A stretch of DNA of 51,617 nt from Guillardia theta CCMP2712 (taxonomy: Eukaryota > Protista > Cryptophyta): positions 35,871-87,487 of the forward strand of contig NW_005434484.1 of NCBI RefSeq assembly GCF_000315625.1. Reading direction: 5' to 3'. Under the pieces are notes generated by a model. The model ran no database searches and was not told the origin of the DNA. It saw nothing but the letters and a program-made list of their open reading frames with translations. The translations under genes were made by a program, and so were the position numbers. Below are positions 1 through 11,600 of the stretch, piece by piece (position 1 is the first letter of the stretch; the number at the start of each line of letters is the position of its first letter).

Positions 1-206
1 CGAGTGAGTACTATGATAATAACGCAAAGGTCCCTTGTTCTGTCGCGCTCTCCCTCTCCCTCTCCCTCTCCTCCTCCTTCTCCTCCTAACTGTGCTCCCC
101 TGTTCTCCTTCTCTCACGCCCTCTTTTTCTCCTCTCTTCCTCATCCACCTCGCCCTGCTGTTGTCGTCGCATGTTCTTCTTGCCCTGATCCAGTCTTGGC
201 GTGCAG

Positions 207-1382
207 GTACATATCATACACGATCAAATGCTGTCGATCGCCCATCTTCGATTCCGCCAACTGTGACGGAGATCAAGTGTTTGAGCTCTCAGGGAGCCAG
301 GAGGGCATCCGGACATGGCCAGTCAACGTCATGATATGGGGAGATGTTCGGATCGAGTTCTACAAGCACAAGTCAAAGTCAAAGTCGTCCCCGAGGAAGC
401 TCGCCTTCTTCTGTGTCTTCAACACCTCCTTCTACAAGGGAAAGACGTTTGTGGAGTTCCAGAAGAGCAAGGTTGACATGCTGAACAAGGACAGGAGGCA
501 TAGGCTGGTCGGCGAAGACTTCTGTCTCCGTTGCAACTTGAGCGCAACCCCGGAGAAGAACGAGCTGATGGAGCTGGAGTCTGACTTCAGAGACATCTTC
601 ATGCAGTATGGCGTCCGGAAGACTTTCTCCAAGGGAGACACTATCATAGAGGAGAACACGAGGAGGAGGATGTTGTACCTGATTGTCTCCGGCTCCGTCG
701 AGGGCGTCGTAAACGACATCACGGACGGCACCAATGTCCATCCTCTTGGAAGGAGCGCAGCAGAGGCGATCTCCTTTGGCAAGACGATCGGGGACGACTG
801 TACCCGCGTCCCCAACGTCTACATGCTCGGGCCGGGCTGGGTGATCGGAGCCTCTCCCTTCCTCTCTGCAGCCAACACCATGCTCTTCCGAGCGCGCACG
901 AGCGTGATCGTGTACGGGGTGAAGCACAGGCAGCAGGAGGCGACGAGCTCGGGGGCGAGTGTGGAGGATGTAGTGCTGGAGGGAGTACCCGCCGACCGGC
1001 TCTCGACCTTCTACAAGGGGCTCAGCGTCGCCCTTGGCACGCAGCTCTCGCGGATCCGCATCGAGTCGATCCGCATCGGAAATCTCAAGGCGTTCAACGA
1101 CCGGCAGACGGTCATGGCGGAGCAGGACGAGTCTGAGAAGCTGCGCAGCGCCTGCATCAAGGAGTTCGGGCTGCCGATGAACGAGAAGCTGGTGACCCGG
1201 CTCAAGTGCTCCTGTCGGTCAGGAAGGATGAGACGGCCCGCCGGATGCGCCTGCTGGTCCTGCTCAACTACCTGGTCCTCGACCCTGAGTTCTACGGGCC
1301 CACCATCTCTCCTCGTTCCGAGCTCTGGTCGGTCCGGCAGGTGAGACTTTTTCTCTTGCTTGTCTCGAAGCTTTTCTTATAC

Positions 1383-1477
<95 letters not shown>

Positions 1478-1487
1478 GCACCACCAC

Positions 1488-1544
<57 letters not shown>

Positions 1545-2745
1545 TCATTCATGATTATCTTCAATGCCATCGTCTTGCATCATCCCTGCGCTACACCATC
1601 ACCTCCTCCTCATCCTCCACCCCTTCCTCCGCCTCGTGACTGTCCTATCAGATGCACAGCGTGGCGCCGGCGGAGGACAGCAATAACAAGTCCATCATTC
1701 TCACCTGCCTCGGCGAGCGGGTCCATGGCCTGGACATCGTCGCGAACCTCATCGAGTTTCGCTTCACGTTCCGAGACTCAAGTCAGACTCGCCACATGTA
1801 CCACGCGCTCTCGAGCATGTGCAAGAAGGCAGAGGAGATCAGAGGGCGGGAAAGGGTCCGTCCCTTCGAGACCGCCAGCATGTCGCAGCTGCTGGAGCGA
1901 TGCTCCCGAGTTCACTTCCTCAAGAAGAACGACAACCTTCCCGAGGCCTCCACCAAGAGCAGCCTCTTCCTCGTCCGCACCGGCGAGATCCGCCTTGTTA
2001 CTCTGTATACTCCTCTCTCCCTCCTCTCTTCCTCCTCTCTTCAATCTCTCCCCCTCCTCTCCGCCTCCCGTTGTCACATCGCTTCCTCCTGTCCTCTTCT
2101 CCCTACCTCCCCTGATCTCTCTCTTTCCCCATTCCTCCCCTGAAGTGCCTCCTTTCCACCACCACCACCTCCTCCTCGCCATCTCTTTTCTCATGGCAGC
2201 GCCGCGTCCTGACCCGAGATGGCAGGGAGGGGAACACGTTCAGGGTGGTGCGGGAGGGCTCCTGCTTCGGAGAGATTAATTTCTCCCTCAACTGCACCGC
2301 AGGTCACTACAAGTGCGTTGCCAACGTCAACTCAGTCGTGCTGGAGATTTCACATCCCCAGCTGCACAAGTATCTCAAGAACCAGCCGCAAAGTCTCGCC
2401 GCCTTCTTCTTCCTCGTCTTCTGCCAGGCTATCGAGAAGGAGATCAGAGAGACGGTCGAAGAAACTTTCCCGGGCACCTGGAGCAAGAAGTTCAGCATGT
2501 CGGCCGATGGGACAGGCACGCTCGGACGGGCTTCGAGAGCAGGAAAGAACCATTCCAAGTCGAAACGAGGCTCCCTGACGTCCACGCCGACGTCTCGGAC
2601 GGGCCTGATGTCGAAGGTTTCCGGGTTCCTCAACGGAGAGGGCGAGAAAAAGCACAACTTCTCGAGGAGAAGGGGGGAAGGAGCCACCTCGCACAACGGG
2701 AATGGAGATTCTAACCATGTCCTTCCACAAGTCACAGTAATCTGA
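207..2745 (+). CDS. 5'-partial multi-exon gene: PTEN/tensin-type C2 domain, cNMP-binding-like domain, GRAM/PH-like domain, second cNMP-binding-like domain
   Basis: Introns 4-206, 1341-1651 and 1997-2199 are GT..AG. PTEN-C2-like: GDVRIEFYKHK..AFFCVFNTSF..KSKVDMLNKDRRH..EDF. CNBD-like: RKTFSKGDTIIEE..LYLIVSGSVE and VVREGSCFGEINF. GRAM-like: FGLPMNEKLVTRLKCS..RLLVLLNYLV. A 1-nt frameshift is needed near 1212. Stop TGA at 2743-2745. Confidence 0.8.
1383..1543. repeat. (CAT)n microsatellite inside an intron
   Basis: Near-perfect CAT run with a short CAC interruption, inside intron 1341-1651. Confidence 0.95.
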
Positions 2746-2874
2746 TGTAATGTATATTTGAACTCCTCCTCCTCCTCCTCCTCCTCCTCCTCCTCCTCGC
2801 TTCCTATCTACTGTTGCTACATCACAACTGCTACTCCTCCTCCTTTCTCACTGCTCGTTCCTGGCTGAACAGCA

Positions 2875-4055
2875 TCACACCTTGACGATGAAGCAGCAGT
2901 CAAGTTTCTTGCACTCCGGCTCTCCATCCCTCCCGCTCGTCTCGCCGGAGCTGATGGTCCGCAGCCTCTCGATCACTTCCTCCATCCTCGGCCTCTTTTC
3001 CGGCTGCTTGCTTATCAGCTCAGACGCCAGGCCCAGCAGCGCCTCCAGCTCTCCTCCTCCTCCTCCTCCTTCACACTGCGGCATCTGCAGCGGGCGATCG
3101 GACGCAAGCTCTTCCAGGACTTCCATCCCCGGCCTGCCAGCGAGGAGGAGGCGGCGACAAACGGCTTCATAGATGAGAACTCCCAGCTGAAACAAGTCAT
3201 GCTCCCTGCTCGCCAGCAGCGGCTCCACCTCTCCTCTCCTCGCCCACAGCGCAAAGAGATGCCGAGCGTGCTCGGGGGAAGGGACAGCAGTCGGCCAGGC
3301 TCCGATCCTGACTCGAGGGGACCACACGGACCAGGGGTACCCCATGAACTCAGTCACCTCCTCCCCCTGTAGCGAGCTCGCGTCAAGATCCGCCAGCTTC
3401 CATGGCCCTTGTCCTCTCCTCATACCCAGCACGTTGCGATGCTTCACGTCCCTGTGGCAGAACCCCTGAGCATGCAGCTCCTGCAGTCCTAGAGCGACAT
3501 GGAGCATGGCGACACTGACAGACGGGATACTTCCCTTCGATCCTGGTGGCCGCATTATGGCATGAGTGAGAATGTCCTCTGCTAGCGGGTACACCAGGCA
3601 CCTGCTCCCGTCCTCCATCTCTTCCACATGCATCGCTGTCATCACATGAGCGCTGCGAGCTACTGCCCGCTCTGCCTCCTCCCCTCGCCATCTTCGCACT
3701 CCCACCACTGTTCCTCTCCCTGATTCTTTCGGCGTGCATTTGATGAAGACTCTTTCCCCATCCTCTCTGTCCCTTGCGATCGCTACGATCTTCCCCATCC
3801 CCTCTCCTCCTCCAACCTCCACACCAACCCCAGCGCTCTGCCCTTCCGCCCCCCTGTCCTCCCCCGACAAAATTTCCCAGCGGCCATTGAGGACGCAGCC
3901 ATTCAGTCCCTGCCGCTCGCATGTCCACCTTCCTCCTTGCCGATGACTTGACCCTTGCCTGCCATGCCCCCCCGGCCCTGATCGCGATGCCCGTGCAGCT
4001 ATTCTCTCTTCTCCCCCGCCTTCCCTCCCCTCCTTCGCCCCCCACACCCCCACCG

Positions 4056-4095
<40 letters not shown>

Positions 4096-4209
4096 CCAGC
4101 CCGTCCCTACTCCATCTTCAAGCTCGTCCTGATGTCTAACAGCACACGCTTCGCTCCTCGCCATCATCGCCGCCATCACCGTCATCGTCATCATCGCTGC
4201 CCTCGCCAT
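2875..4209 (-). CDS. Divergent Ser/Thr protein kinase-like protein
   Basis: Gly-rich GGGEGMGKIV, VFIK lysine, catalytic HRDVKHRN, KLADLD in place of DFG, HDLFQLGVLIYE, and PEKRPRMEEV. Hydrophobic N-terminus and GA repeat; short in-frame introns are possible. Confidence 0.8.
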
Positions 4210-4369
4210 ATCCCCGACCCAGCCTGCTGTGCTGCCTGCTGTCGGGCTGCCCCGACAGTCGTTTCAAGCAAGTTCAACAAGGCGTGTTGAATCATCGGAC
4301 CTAGTAGATGTCGCAGTGTTTTGAAACTCAGTGACTGTCAGTCCGCCACTCATTCTGGCACCCGGTCAC

Positions 4370-5020
4370 GCGCGGCACGCGGCCCCGGCCCGGGGGGGGG
4401 CGAGTCGGATAAGTTGGTCAGGAGATTCGAGGAGGCTTGACCCTGGCACTGTCGCACTTCCAGGAACCAGCCAACTGCTGCCACCAAACTTAAGCGCCAT
4501 GCCAGCGATGTCGCCGCTATGGCCACCGCCGCCGCTGAAGGAATAAGACGATACCGGCCCGGACTCGGGAAAGCGGCACCTTTTGTTGGGCAAGCCTTGA
4601 ACTCGGGAGTCGAATCACCTGTCACAGCAGTGCTATCGGATGAACCGTTCAACAGGCGGTCAGTGACAGTGCTGGCAATCGGATAGGACCGGGAAGAAAG
4701 GCCTTTGGCGGGACGTGCTGAGCATATGCGCCGGGCATTACGATCGAATGCCCTTGGATCTTCCGCTGTGCTGCTGCTTGCAGATTACTCTCGGAGCGAC
4801 TCGGACTGAGGTCCGGTACTACCGGCGTATTCGCCATCATTCAACGGTCAAAAACATGTGACATGCCGCAGTGAAGGTTCAAAGTACCATGACGGTACGG
4901 ACGACGGTCACATGCCCCCCCGCCGGACCGGACTCGATGCCTCGGGAGTCCGAGTGACTACGAGTCCCGAGTCCCGCCCGGCCCGGCGGGCCCGGCCGGG
5001 CCCGGCCCGGCCCCCGCCCA
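4370..5020. promoter_or_regulatory. GC-rich CCGG/GGCC islands in a divergent intergenic region
   Basis: Patches such as gcccggcccggcgggcccggccgggcccggcccgg (4975-5015) lie between the kinase (-) and the giant gene (+). Similar patches occur at other gene starts. Confidence 0.4.
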
Positions 5021-5235
5021 CCCCCCTTCAATTGAGAGGGCAGCGAGTAAACTAATAGAAGAGTAAGCATAGTTTGAAAAGGCAGCAGTTATACGAGGGT
5101 AGGGGTACTTCACAGGTTCAGAGGGGGTTGGGGTAATGGCTATGGGGCTATGCGTTGACGTCTCTTGACCTGTGATGCCGTGGGAGCTCGACGGCAGGGC
5201 TACGGATGGCGAAGAGGAGAAGAAGTGAGCACAGC

Positions 5236-5408
5236 AGAGGACAGGACAGGACAGGACAGGACAAGACAGGAAGGACAGGACAGGACAAGACAGGACAGGA
5301 CAGGATAGGACAGGACTGGATAGGACAGGACAGGATAGGATAGGACAGGACAGGACAGGAAGGACAGGACAGGATAGGACAGGACAGGACAGGACAGGAC
5401 AGGACAGG
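5236..5408. repeat. (GGACA)n pentanucleotide satellite
   Basis: Tandem GGACA/GGATA units. The complementary (CTGTC)n also occurs at ~25440-25476. Confidence 0.95.
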
Positions 5409-5609
5409 AGATTGGATAGAGGAGTAGAGTCTGTAAGAGAGCATGGAGTGATAGAGGTTAGAGATGAGTTGAACGTGAGGACGACATCCAAGACAACTGA
5501 ACACAAGACATCGACGGTGTTGGAGCGCGTGGGATCTGAGGAAAGCTAAGTCAGGAGATGATCCGTGACTGAACCAACTTGCTGCTCTCCTTTGCAATCT
5601 GTTCACTTC

Positions 5610-8600
5610 ATGTCGACTGCTACAAGAGTCCTCCTCTTCCTCCTCCTCAATGTTTGCCACGTGGGATCCTGGTTCCTCCATGGGCATCTCGACTGGACAA
5701 TTAGCAAAGAAAACCCGTTGCTGGTGAACTTCGAGCTGTGGACAGCATGGCGACAGGACGCTTTCAGCAGCCAGCGACTGTCAGAACTCACGCAGTTTGA
5801 GGACGTGCCTGCGCTGAGGAAGGAATGGGTGAGGGGGCTTGCGGGAGGGCCAGGAGGCATTCTGAATGTGACAGAAGGGACGTCGGCTGACATTAGGAGG
5901 AGGATAGTGCTGTGCCCCTTCCCAGGTTGCGAGCTGCAGACAAACGAGTCTCGTTTCAACTTCATCATCACGAGTATGGACGGCTTCCTGGTGCAGGCCC
6001 GCCTGTCCTTCTCCTTCGAGTACAACCATTCGGGCAGGTATAACGTTTCTTTCGTCGGATGCTGCAGGGACCAGGAGCTGGAGAACAATGCAGGAACACC
6101 ATGGAATGTTCGCTCAGAAGTAGTTCTTTACAGCAACATCCAGCAATCTCCCACCTTGCTGCTTCCTCCTATGCTTCACATGCATGCCCCGAGCAGCTAC
6201 AAGGTCTTGGGCCTTTCGGATTCTTGCAGCTTGCAGTATCAACTGGGAAGGTATGAGACGATGAATGGTCTCGAGATGTTGATCAATGACTATCAAAGTG
6301 TCGGGTTCAGTATGCGACCTGACGGCACAATCTCCGTCAGTCAAACGAACCTGAACTGTCTCTACCCGTCGTGTAACTTTCAACTTTCCATCCTGTACAT
6401 TTGTGAATCGACACGCGGAATCTTCGATCTTCTTATTCATTTACACACATCCAAGGCTCCATACTCGGATTTCGACAACTTTCTCGTCACACCCAGGAGC
6501 GCTCCCTGGGCACAAGTCAAAGTGAATTGTAACACGTCAGAATTTTTCCCACCAATCGACACAGAGTACACTGTGTCGGATTGTTTACATGTATCTAGAC
6601 TCTCTGAATTCTCCTGCAAGGGGTTTGTTGGTTTGTGCCCCAGCAGGGATTATCAGGTTGCAACTCAGTACCAGCATCCCTTGTACAACAGGTTGGTTCT
6701 TTTCCGCTGAATTGCTCCACTCCCTACCTGACTGTGTGTTCGACAGTTGCTTTCTTTCCGATCGATGCAGGGCGGACCAGCATCGCCTGTACTGCACTTC
6801 TCTTGCCTTCACTTCATTTCCGAACGATTTCCTCCGCTACGTCTTCAAATCGGATGACAAGGAGATCAGCGTCATTCACCTGATTGGAACCCTGCCAGCT
6901 GAGCTTGAGCTGTTGGACTGCAGCACTCGCAACCTCCTCCAAGGTCACTGCGCGGGCAGCCACCTGCTACCAGGGTCAACCAGTTTTGACGTCAAGTGGA
7001 AACACGTCTGCAGCACCAAGACAAGCTTCTCCCTATGTCTGGTTGCTGAAGACGCCAGCGGCGTTCGCTCTCTACCAGTCTGCCACTTCTTCTCCGTCAA
7101 CCAGTCGATGGCGAGCGACTCTGTCAGCATATTCTCGGCGACTGAGCGGACAGGTGGAAGGCTGCTGGACCTGCCTTCTCAGTCACCTTTACCTTCTCTT
7201 CAAGTTGACAACCAGGTTGAGCTTCAGCTGAGCATCGCGCAAGAGCCTTCCGAGATCATCGCAGGAGAGCCTTTCCTGGTCCAGCCCATCGTCGCTGTCC
7301 TCAACAGCTTCGGGGAGCATCTGGACGGCAAGGGCCTGCTGGTTGAAGCGTCTTTGAAGAACAGAGGGTTCCAATTGCTGGGCAACACATTTGCCGAGGT
7401 GCGATCAGGTCTTGCAGTCTTCACGGACTTATATGTCACTCCCTACGGCTCTTCCCTCGTTATTCGCTTTGATATGCTTTCGGGCAACTTGAGCTGGTCA
7501 GTAGAGACCCCAGGCTTCGCTGTGTTGCCTCCTCCCACACGCCTGATGGTCTTCCCTCAGCCCTCTGCCTCCTACGAGGCAGGCATGCGGATCGTCTCGG
7601 TCGTCGTCTACCTCCTTGACGACGACGGGACCAGTGCTGCTCTTTCTCGCAAGATGGTCGCCATGACAGTGAACCAGCTGGGGGCCGCCGGCTCTCCTCC
7701 TCAGCAGGCGCTCGGGGATACGGTCTACGTGCAGGCCTATAACGGACGGGCAGAGTTCCGAGACATCGTCATCCTTAGCTGCGGCGACTTCGCACTCAAG
7801 TTTCACCTCCGGGACGATGTACAAGTCCAGCTCCAGTCCAGCTCCTTCAAGATCGTGCCTGCAAGACCAGCCCTGCTGCTCGTGACGCGCCAACCCTGCG
7901 CCGTCCCCTGCAACCCTTCAGCTGGGCTCAACCAGATCAGTGGAGACCTGCTGGAGGCGGAGGTGGAAGTGCGCGACAGCTTCGGGAACGTGATCCCCTG
8001 CAGGAGCTCCTCGAACGCCTCGGTGATCCTCCGATTGTTCAGATCGGACTCGAGCAAGCAGGTCAGCCAAGCACTGCTGGGGGGCAGCCGGCATGTTCCT
8101 CCGACCTCGTGCAACCTCTCGGCAGACGTGCTGCGGTACAAGTTCACAGACGTGTCGATCTCGGTCACGGGGCTGTTCTCTCTCGAGTTTCAGGTCGATA
8201 TCGACGACTTTCTCCTCCTCAACACTTCGCTCGTCTTCTCTGTCTCTCCTCCCGTCGAGTACCTCAAGGGCTCCGCAGAGCCTGACCTGACAGGCCAGCT
8301 GACGGCGGGCAAGAAGTGGGATTTCTTGATCAGAGTGGAACTCCTGACGCGTTCGATGCTTTCCACCTCGTCCATGCGCAAGGTTTCAGTGGTTTTCAAC
8401 TCCTCCGACGCCTCCTGTGCTCGGCTTCCTCCCATCAACAGCTCCAACTACAGCTTCTGCCCCGTCCCCGACGTCATCTGCCACCCTGAAGACAGGTTCT
8501 TCGCCATCTCCGAGGCCTTGGCGAGCAACGGGCTCGTCTCGTTCCACCCGTCGGCCACCAACCAGTCCGGGAGGAATTTCTTCATTTCGATTCTGAGCGG

Positions 8601-11600
8601 GGGGGTGCGAGGAGCCTTTGGGCCCCTGCAAGTGGCTGCGGCTGAGGTGAAGACAATGGAGGCTCACTGCGTTAGGAGCGAGAGCGTAGCAGAGAGGCTG
8701 GTGGAGCTCGAGGCGACCTTGTTCCTGCTGGATGAGTACAGGAACCTGGTCAACCTCACGGGTGAGAAGGTAATGGTGAAGGCAGCAGCTGGGGAGGAGA
8801 CGAGGTTGTTCTTACGGGGAGAGGTGGAGGTGGAGGTGAACGACGGCATTGCAACCTTCTCTCAACTCGAGATTGAATGCCTGGAGGTTTTCGTTTTCCA
8901 CCTGGAGTTCTACCTTGTCTCCGATCAGAACTTGAGGGCTACAGTCGAGTTTGACCCTTTCACGATGAAGAAGACCGAAGCTAGGTTTGACATCGAGCAG
9001 CAGCCCCAATCTCTCCCTGCTGGCGAGACGCTTGTCAGCACCAAGGCAAAGATCGCTCCACCTGCTCTCAGTGCGCTGGGTCAGTTTGTTTCTGTCTCCC
9101 TCAACTTCTCCGCGTGCCAGGACCCGACACAAGTTTACTCCAACCAGCGCATGTCGCATGCTCAGCTGTTCGCGTCCTATCCTCTGTATAACAACCAGTC
9201 CTTCTACCTCTCTCACCTGAGGGTCCGCGACGTCTCGGCCCAAGACTTCAATGTCACCATCTTCTTCACGGATGCCTCGGACTCTTGCGAGCAGATTCAT
9301 CAGTCAGACCCCAACATGGAGCAGACTCTCTCTCCTCCTTACCACCTCGCCTGCCGTCCGAGCGAGGGCACGTGCGAGGCCGTAGGGGAGGAGGGGACGA
9401 CGCCTTACCTGCATGTGACGATGCTGCGGGACGTCAGGGGGACCGTTAGCGTGTGTGTCGTCGATCAAGTCAACCGGCCGTACGTCCTCCCCGTGGTAGT
9501 CAACGAGTCGGGGACGTGGAAACCGTTCTTTGACCTCACCGTCTTCTTTCAACGGAACTTGTCAACCGGGATGCTCTCGAGCCAAGAACTCTCCATCGGG
9601 TCTTCACAGGACAACAACACCCTCTGGTTCCTCGGAAAGCAGCTGGATCAGTGCTCGGGGTTCTTCTACATCTCAGAAGACCCGAGGGTAGCTGTCAGCT
9701 TCACCCGAAGCTCCTTCACCAACCGCTCTTCCCCCTCGGACTGCCCGACTGACCCTGAGACTGGCGTCGAGTACTCGTGGGCGACATACAAGGACGTCCT
9801 GCTGTTGAGCACCTTCGCCACGGGAACGTCGACTATTACGATGGGAGCAGTCACTCAGCCTTGCCGGGCGCTGCTGCAGGAGCAGGGGACCAGGAACCAG
9901 TTGATGTTTCGAGACTCGGAGGAGGAGGGGATCGTGCTGGAGTATGTCGGAGACACCAACCTGTCCCTGTCCCGCAAGAAGCCCGAGGACGGAAGGATGG
10001 CAGGACTGATCTGTCTGAGGAGGCTGCAGAGGCAGGAGGTCGACCCTCCCGCTGCACCTTTGCTGGCGTCAATCCTTCAGCTGGAAGTCAGGAGACCTGC
10101 ACAGGTAGATGGTGGGAAGGTCGTTGTTCCAGCAGTGGACCAGAGAGTTCAGCCCGAACGAGACGGACAAGTCGTGGGTTTCACCTGTCAGAACATGACT
10201 ATCCGCTTCTCAGTCACCGCAAGGCTCAACACGTGGACCGGAATCCTCCCCTCCGCCTCCTCCCACCCTCACTTCATCCGTTGGGCAGAGTCAGTCCAGG
10301 GTGTCAAGCCAGACGGGGGGAGGGTGTACGTATTCGGGGACGAGGGCAAGGACTGGGTCTATCCCCAGCAGAGGAACTCGTTTGGTGCCCAGTACATGGA
10401 CGTTTCCCAGCTTGTGGAGCAGGAGGTCATAGCTGGGGAGGCTTGTCATGACTGGCCGCTCGATCTCCCGGTCTACTTGGAGTATCGGGTTGTGACGAAT
10501 AGGAAAGACTTTGACAACTACAAGACTACGGTAGTCTTCCACCGCCTCCCCCTCTCTGTCAACGAGGCCGTGGAGGCTCAGCGGCAGGAGAGAAGCAGGA
10601 ACCTGACGCTGAGCGACGGATCTCGTTGCTCCCACACGTTCCCCGACACCCGCAAGCTGTTCTGCCTTAGGATCGGGGCCCACTGGAACCTGCCGGGGCT
10701 GATAGGAAGCGACTCTGAGAACTGCGACGGAGCAGACTATCCATGTGAAGTGATCAGGTGCGGGGAACAGGTGGCAGAGATCCGAGCTGGAGGTTTCCAC
10801 TCCTGCGCGCTCTTCCAGGACGGCAAGGTCTCCTGCTGGGGAAGGAACTCCCTGGGGCAGACCGACGTCCCATTCAACCTCTCCGCCCCCGCAAAGTCGA
10901 TCGATGCAGGATCATACCACTCCTGCGCCGTGCTGAGAAACAAGAGTATCTCGTGCTGGGGAGATGACACGATGGGTCAAAGCAGGAATCCTCCTTCCCA
11001 GCTCAGCTGGGTCCAGGTCAGCTGCGGAGCCATGCACACGTGCGGCATCAGAGAGGACCTGAATCTCTCCTGCTGGGGAGACGACACATACGGCCAGAGC
11101 TCTCCAGGTGTGCATGCGGCATGGCAGCAGGTCTCGTCCGGCCTCTTCCACACCTGCGGCGTCTCGGTCGAGGGCGACGGATACTGCTGGGGAGGGAGAG
11201 GGTTCGACTTCGGACAGACTGAGATCCCGCAGGGCAAGTGGAAGAAGGTTTCCTCAGGCAACACGCACAGCTGCGGCATCCTCGTCAATGGCACCCTGCT
11301 GTGCTGGGGAAGTAGCCAGTGGGGGATGCTTGAAGTCCCGCCAGCGCTCTATGAAGACGTGTCATGCGGACTGATGCACACGTGTGCGGTGACAAGGATG
11401 GGAAGGATGCTCTGCTGGGGCAACCACTACTGGAACAAGCTGGAAGTGCAGCCTCTGGTGGCGGGATGGCGATCAGTCTCGAGCTCCTACGAGCACACCT
11501 GTGCCGTGCTGAAAACGGGACGAGTATCGTGCTGGGGATCCCCCACGTATGGAAAGCTGGCGCTGTCGTCAGCCCCTTACGTCGAGTTTGCGGACCCTTG

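Noticed and set aside
1206-1554. Poly-His, poly-Asp and poly-Ile ORFs
   Set aside because: These are translations of an intronic (CAT)n microsatellite.
4958-5687. ORFs with (LSCPV)n repeats
   Set aside because: These are translations of the (GGACA)n satellite.
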